Positions 63,073 through 64,000 of a stretch of 64,000 nucleotides of DNA are shown here, in pieces; the stretch's first letter is position 1; each line of letters opens with the position of its first letter. The DNA lies in the IMG/VR virus record IMGVR_UViG_3300025936_000020, positions 10,142 to 74,141 of that record, one strand, 5' to 3'. This stretch comes from a virus (taxonomy: Duplodnaviria > Caudoviricetes). Made by a program: the position numbers and the translations under genes. The notes under the pieces are model-generated. The model did no database searches. It had not been told where the DNA came from and was given only the letters and a program-made list of their open reading frames with translations.

Positions 63073-64000
63073 CTACGACCTTAAGCGGTGAAACAGACTA
63101 CCCAAAATAACTTCGGCCTCGCCTGGTGCGGGCTTACCGTCCTTGCCGGTTGGTGTCTTGATACTGGTTTTTGAAATAGCCTCAGGCGACGCCGTAGTAG
63201 TCGTTGTCTTAGACGGTTGCGCCGACTTGTCCCCGGCAGGCTTGGTCTCCTTTTTCGCCCCGTCGATCTTCTTGTATCCGAGCCGTTCCGCCGTCGCGTT
63301 GAACTTTTCGATCTCGGCATCGCGGATTTTTTTGGCCTGAATCGCGTATTTCTGCGCGAGAAGGTAGGCGATATCGTCCTGGTCGAGGAACCAGTAAGCT
63401 GGTTTCTGGTCCTGCGCCAGCCGGCCGAACGCCATGCGCCCGATGAACCGTTTTCCATCGCGCATCTGGTCCTCCCTCGGCAACTTGGAGATCCGGTCCT
63501 CCTGGCTGAGGATGAAATCAGAGAGCTCCTTGTGCGCCGGGTTCGCCGGATCGTAGTTCACGCCGCCATTCGGATCGTGCAGGCGTACCAGCTCGGCGGT
63601 GAGCGAGCTGACCGCGCCGGCCATGTGATTGAGTATCCCGGCGGTGATCGGGTCCCGTTCAAGCAATCCCTTCACTCCGTCCGGTTTTTTGATCTCACCG
63701 GCTATCTCAGGATCGAACTCGTTCAGGAGCATCTCGACGCTTTGCAGGACTTTCTGTTGGATGACCGGTTCCAGGGTGGTCCGGGCCCGTTCCTGCTCCA
63801 TCGCGGCGATCTTTTCGTTGAGCGGTTTGACCGCCTGCGAAGCGATTTCCCTGGCTCCAATCGTTATTTCGGCCTTCTTCCAATCATCCTCGTCCACGAC
63901 CGGCTCGATGCGTTCGAAGAACGCGTTGTGTTCCTCGGCGTCGGGATCGAATGTTTGACCTGGGTTTTCCTTCGCCCAGGTCTTGACGTAATCCTGGATC
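63073..64000 (-). CDS. Probable capsid scaffold protein (5' partial)
   Basis: Frame open to the window end; charged helical body and K/T/P-rich tail; directly upstream of the capsid gene. Confidence 0.55.
   Translation of the reverse strand, partial: IQDYVKTWAKENPGQTFDPDAEEHNAFFERIEPVVDEDDWKKAEITIGAREIASQAVKPLNEKIAAMEQERARTTLEPVIQQKVLQSVEMLLNEFDPEIAGEIKKPDGVKGLLERDPITAGILNHMAGAVSSLTAELVRLHDPNGGVNYDPANPAHKELSDFILSQEDRISKLPREDQMRDGKRFIGRMAFGRLAQDQKPAYWFLDQDDIAYLLAQKYAIQAKKIRDAEIEKFNATAERLGYKKIDGAKKETKPAGDKSAQPSKTTTTTASPEAISKTSIKTPTGKDGKPAPGEAEVILGSLFHRLRS

Overview
The window is a 64-kb piece of a GC-rich tailed-phage (or prophage) genome, probably podovirus-like; no host housekeeping genes, rRNA, tRNA or CRISPR array were seen. 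In order: end of a minus-strand fibre gene (1-1.9 kb); sugar-nucleotide and replication genes with a primase-helicase (4-9.6 kb); a mostly non-coding structured region (9.6-11.5 kb); a long plus-strand early/accessory operon with DUF3150-, DUF1257-, DUF2997-like genes and a Ycf46-like AAA ATPase (11.5-25 kb); more NDP-sugar enzymes, RusA, a recombination module, a tyrosine recombinase and glycosyl/methyltransferases (25-41.5 kb); and a minus-strand virion block with a 3017-aa ejection-type protein, tail, probable capsid and scaffold genes (42-64 kb). Top finding: a plus-strand cassette inside the virion block encoding a solitary RAMP/Cas7-like protein (54314-54940), followed at once by three 46-nt blocks of 5-nt-periodic G-N-Y-N-N units (54944-55081), a candidate non-CRISPR RNA-guided system. 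Also notable: a Cas4/AddB-like nuclease split by a structured RNA plus a passenger gene, a ~450-680-nt candidate structured ncRNA, several pseudoknotted leaders, and about nine glycan synthesis/modification genes. Family names are from motif recognition only; no searches or folding programs were run.
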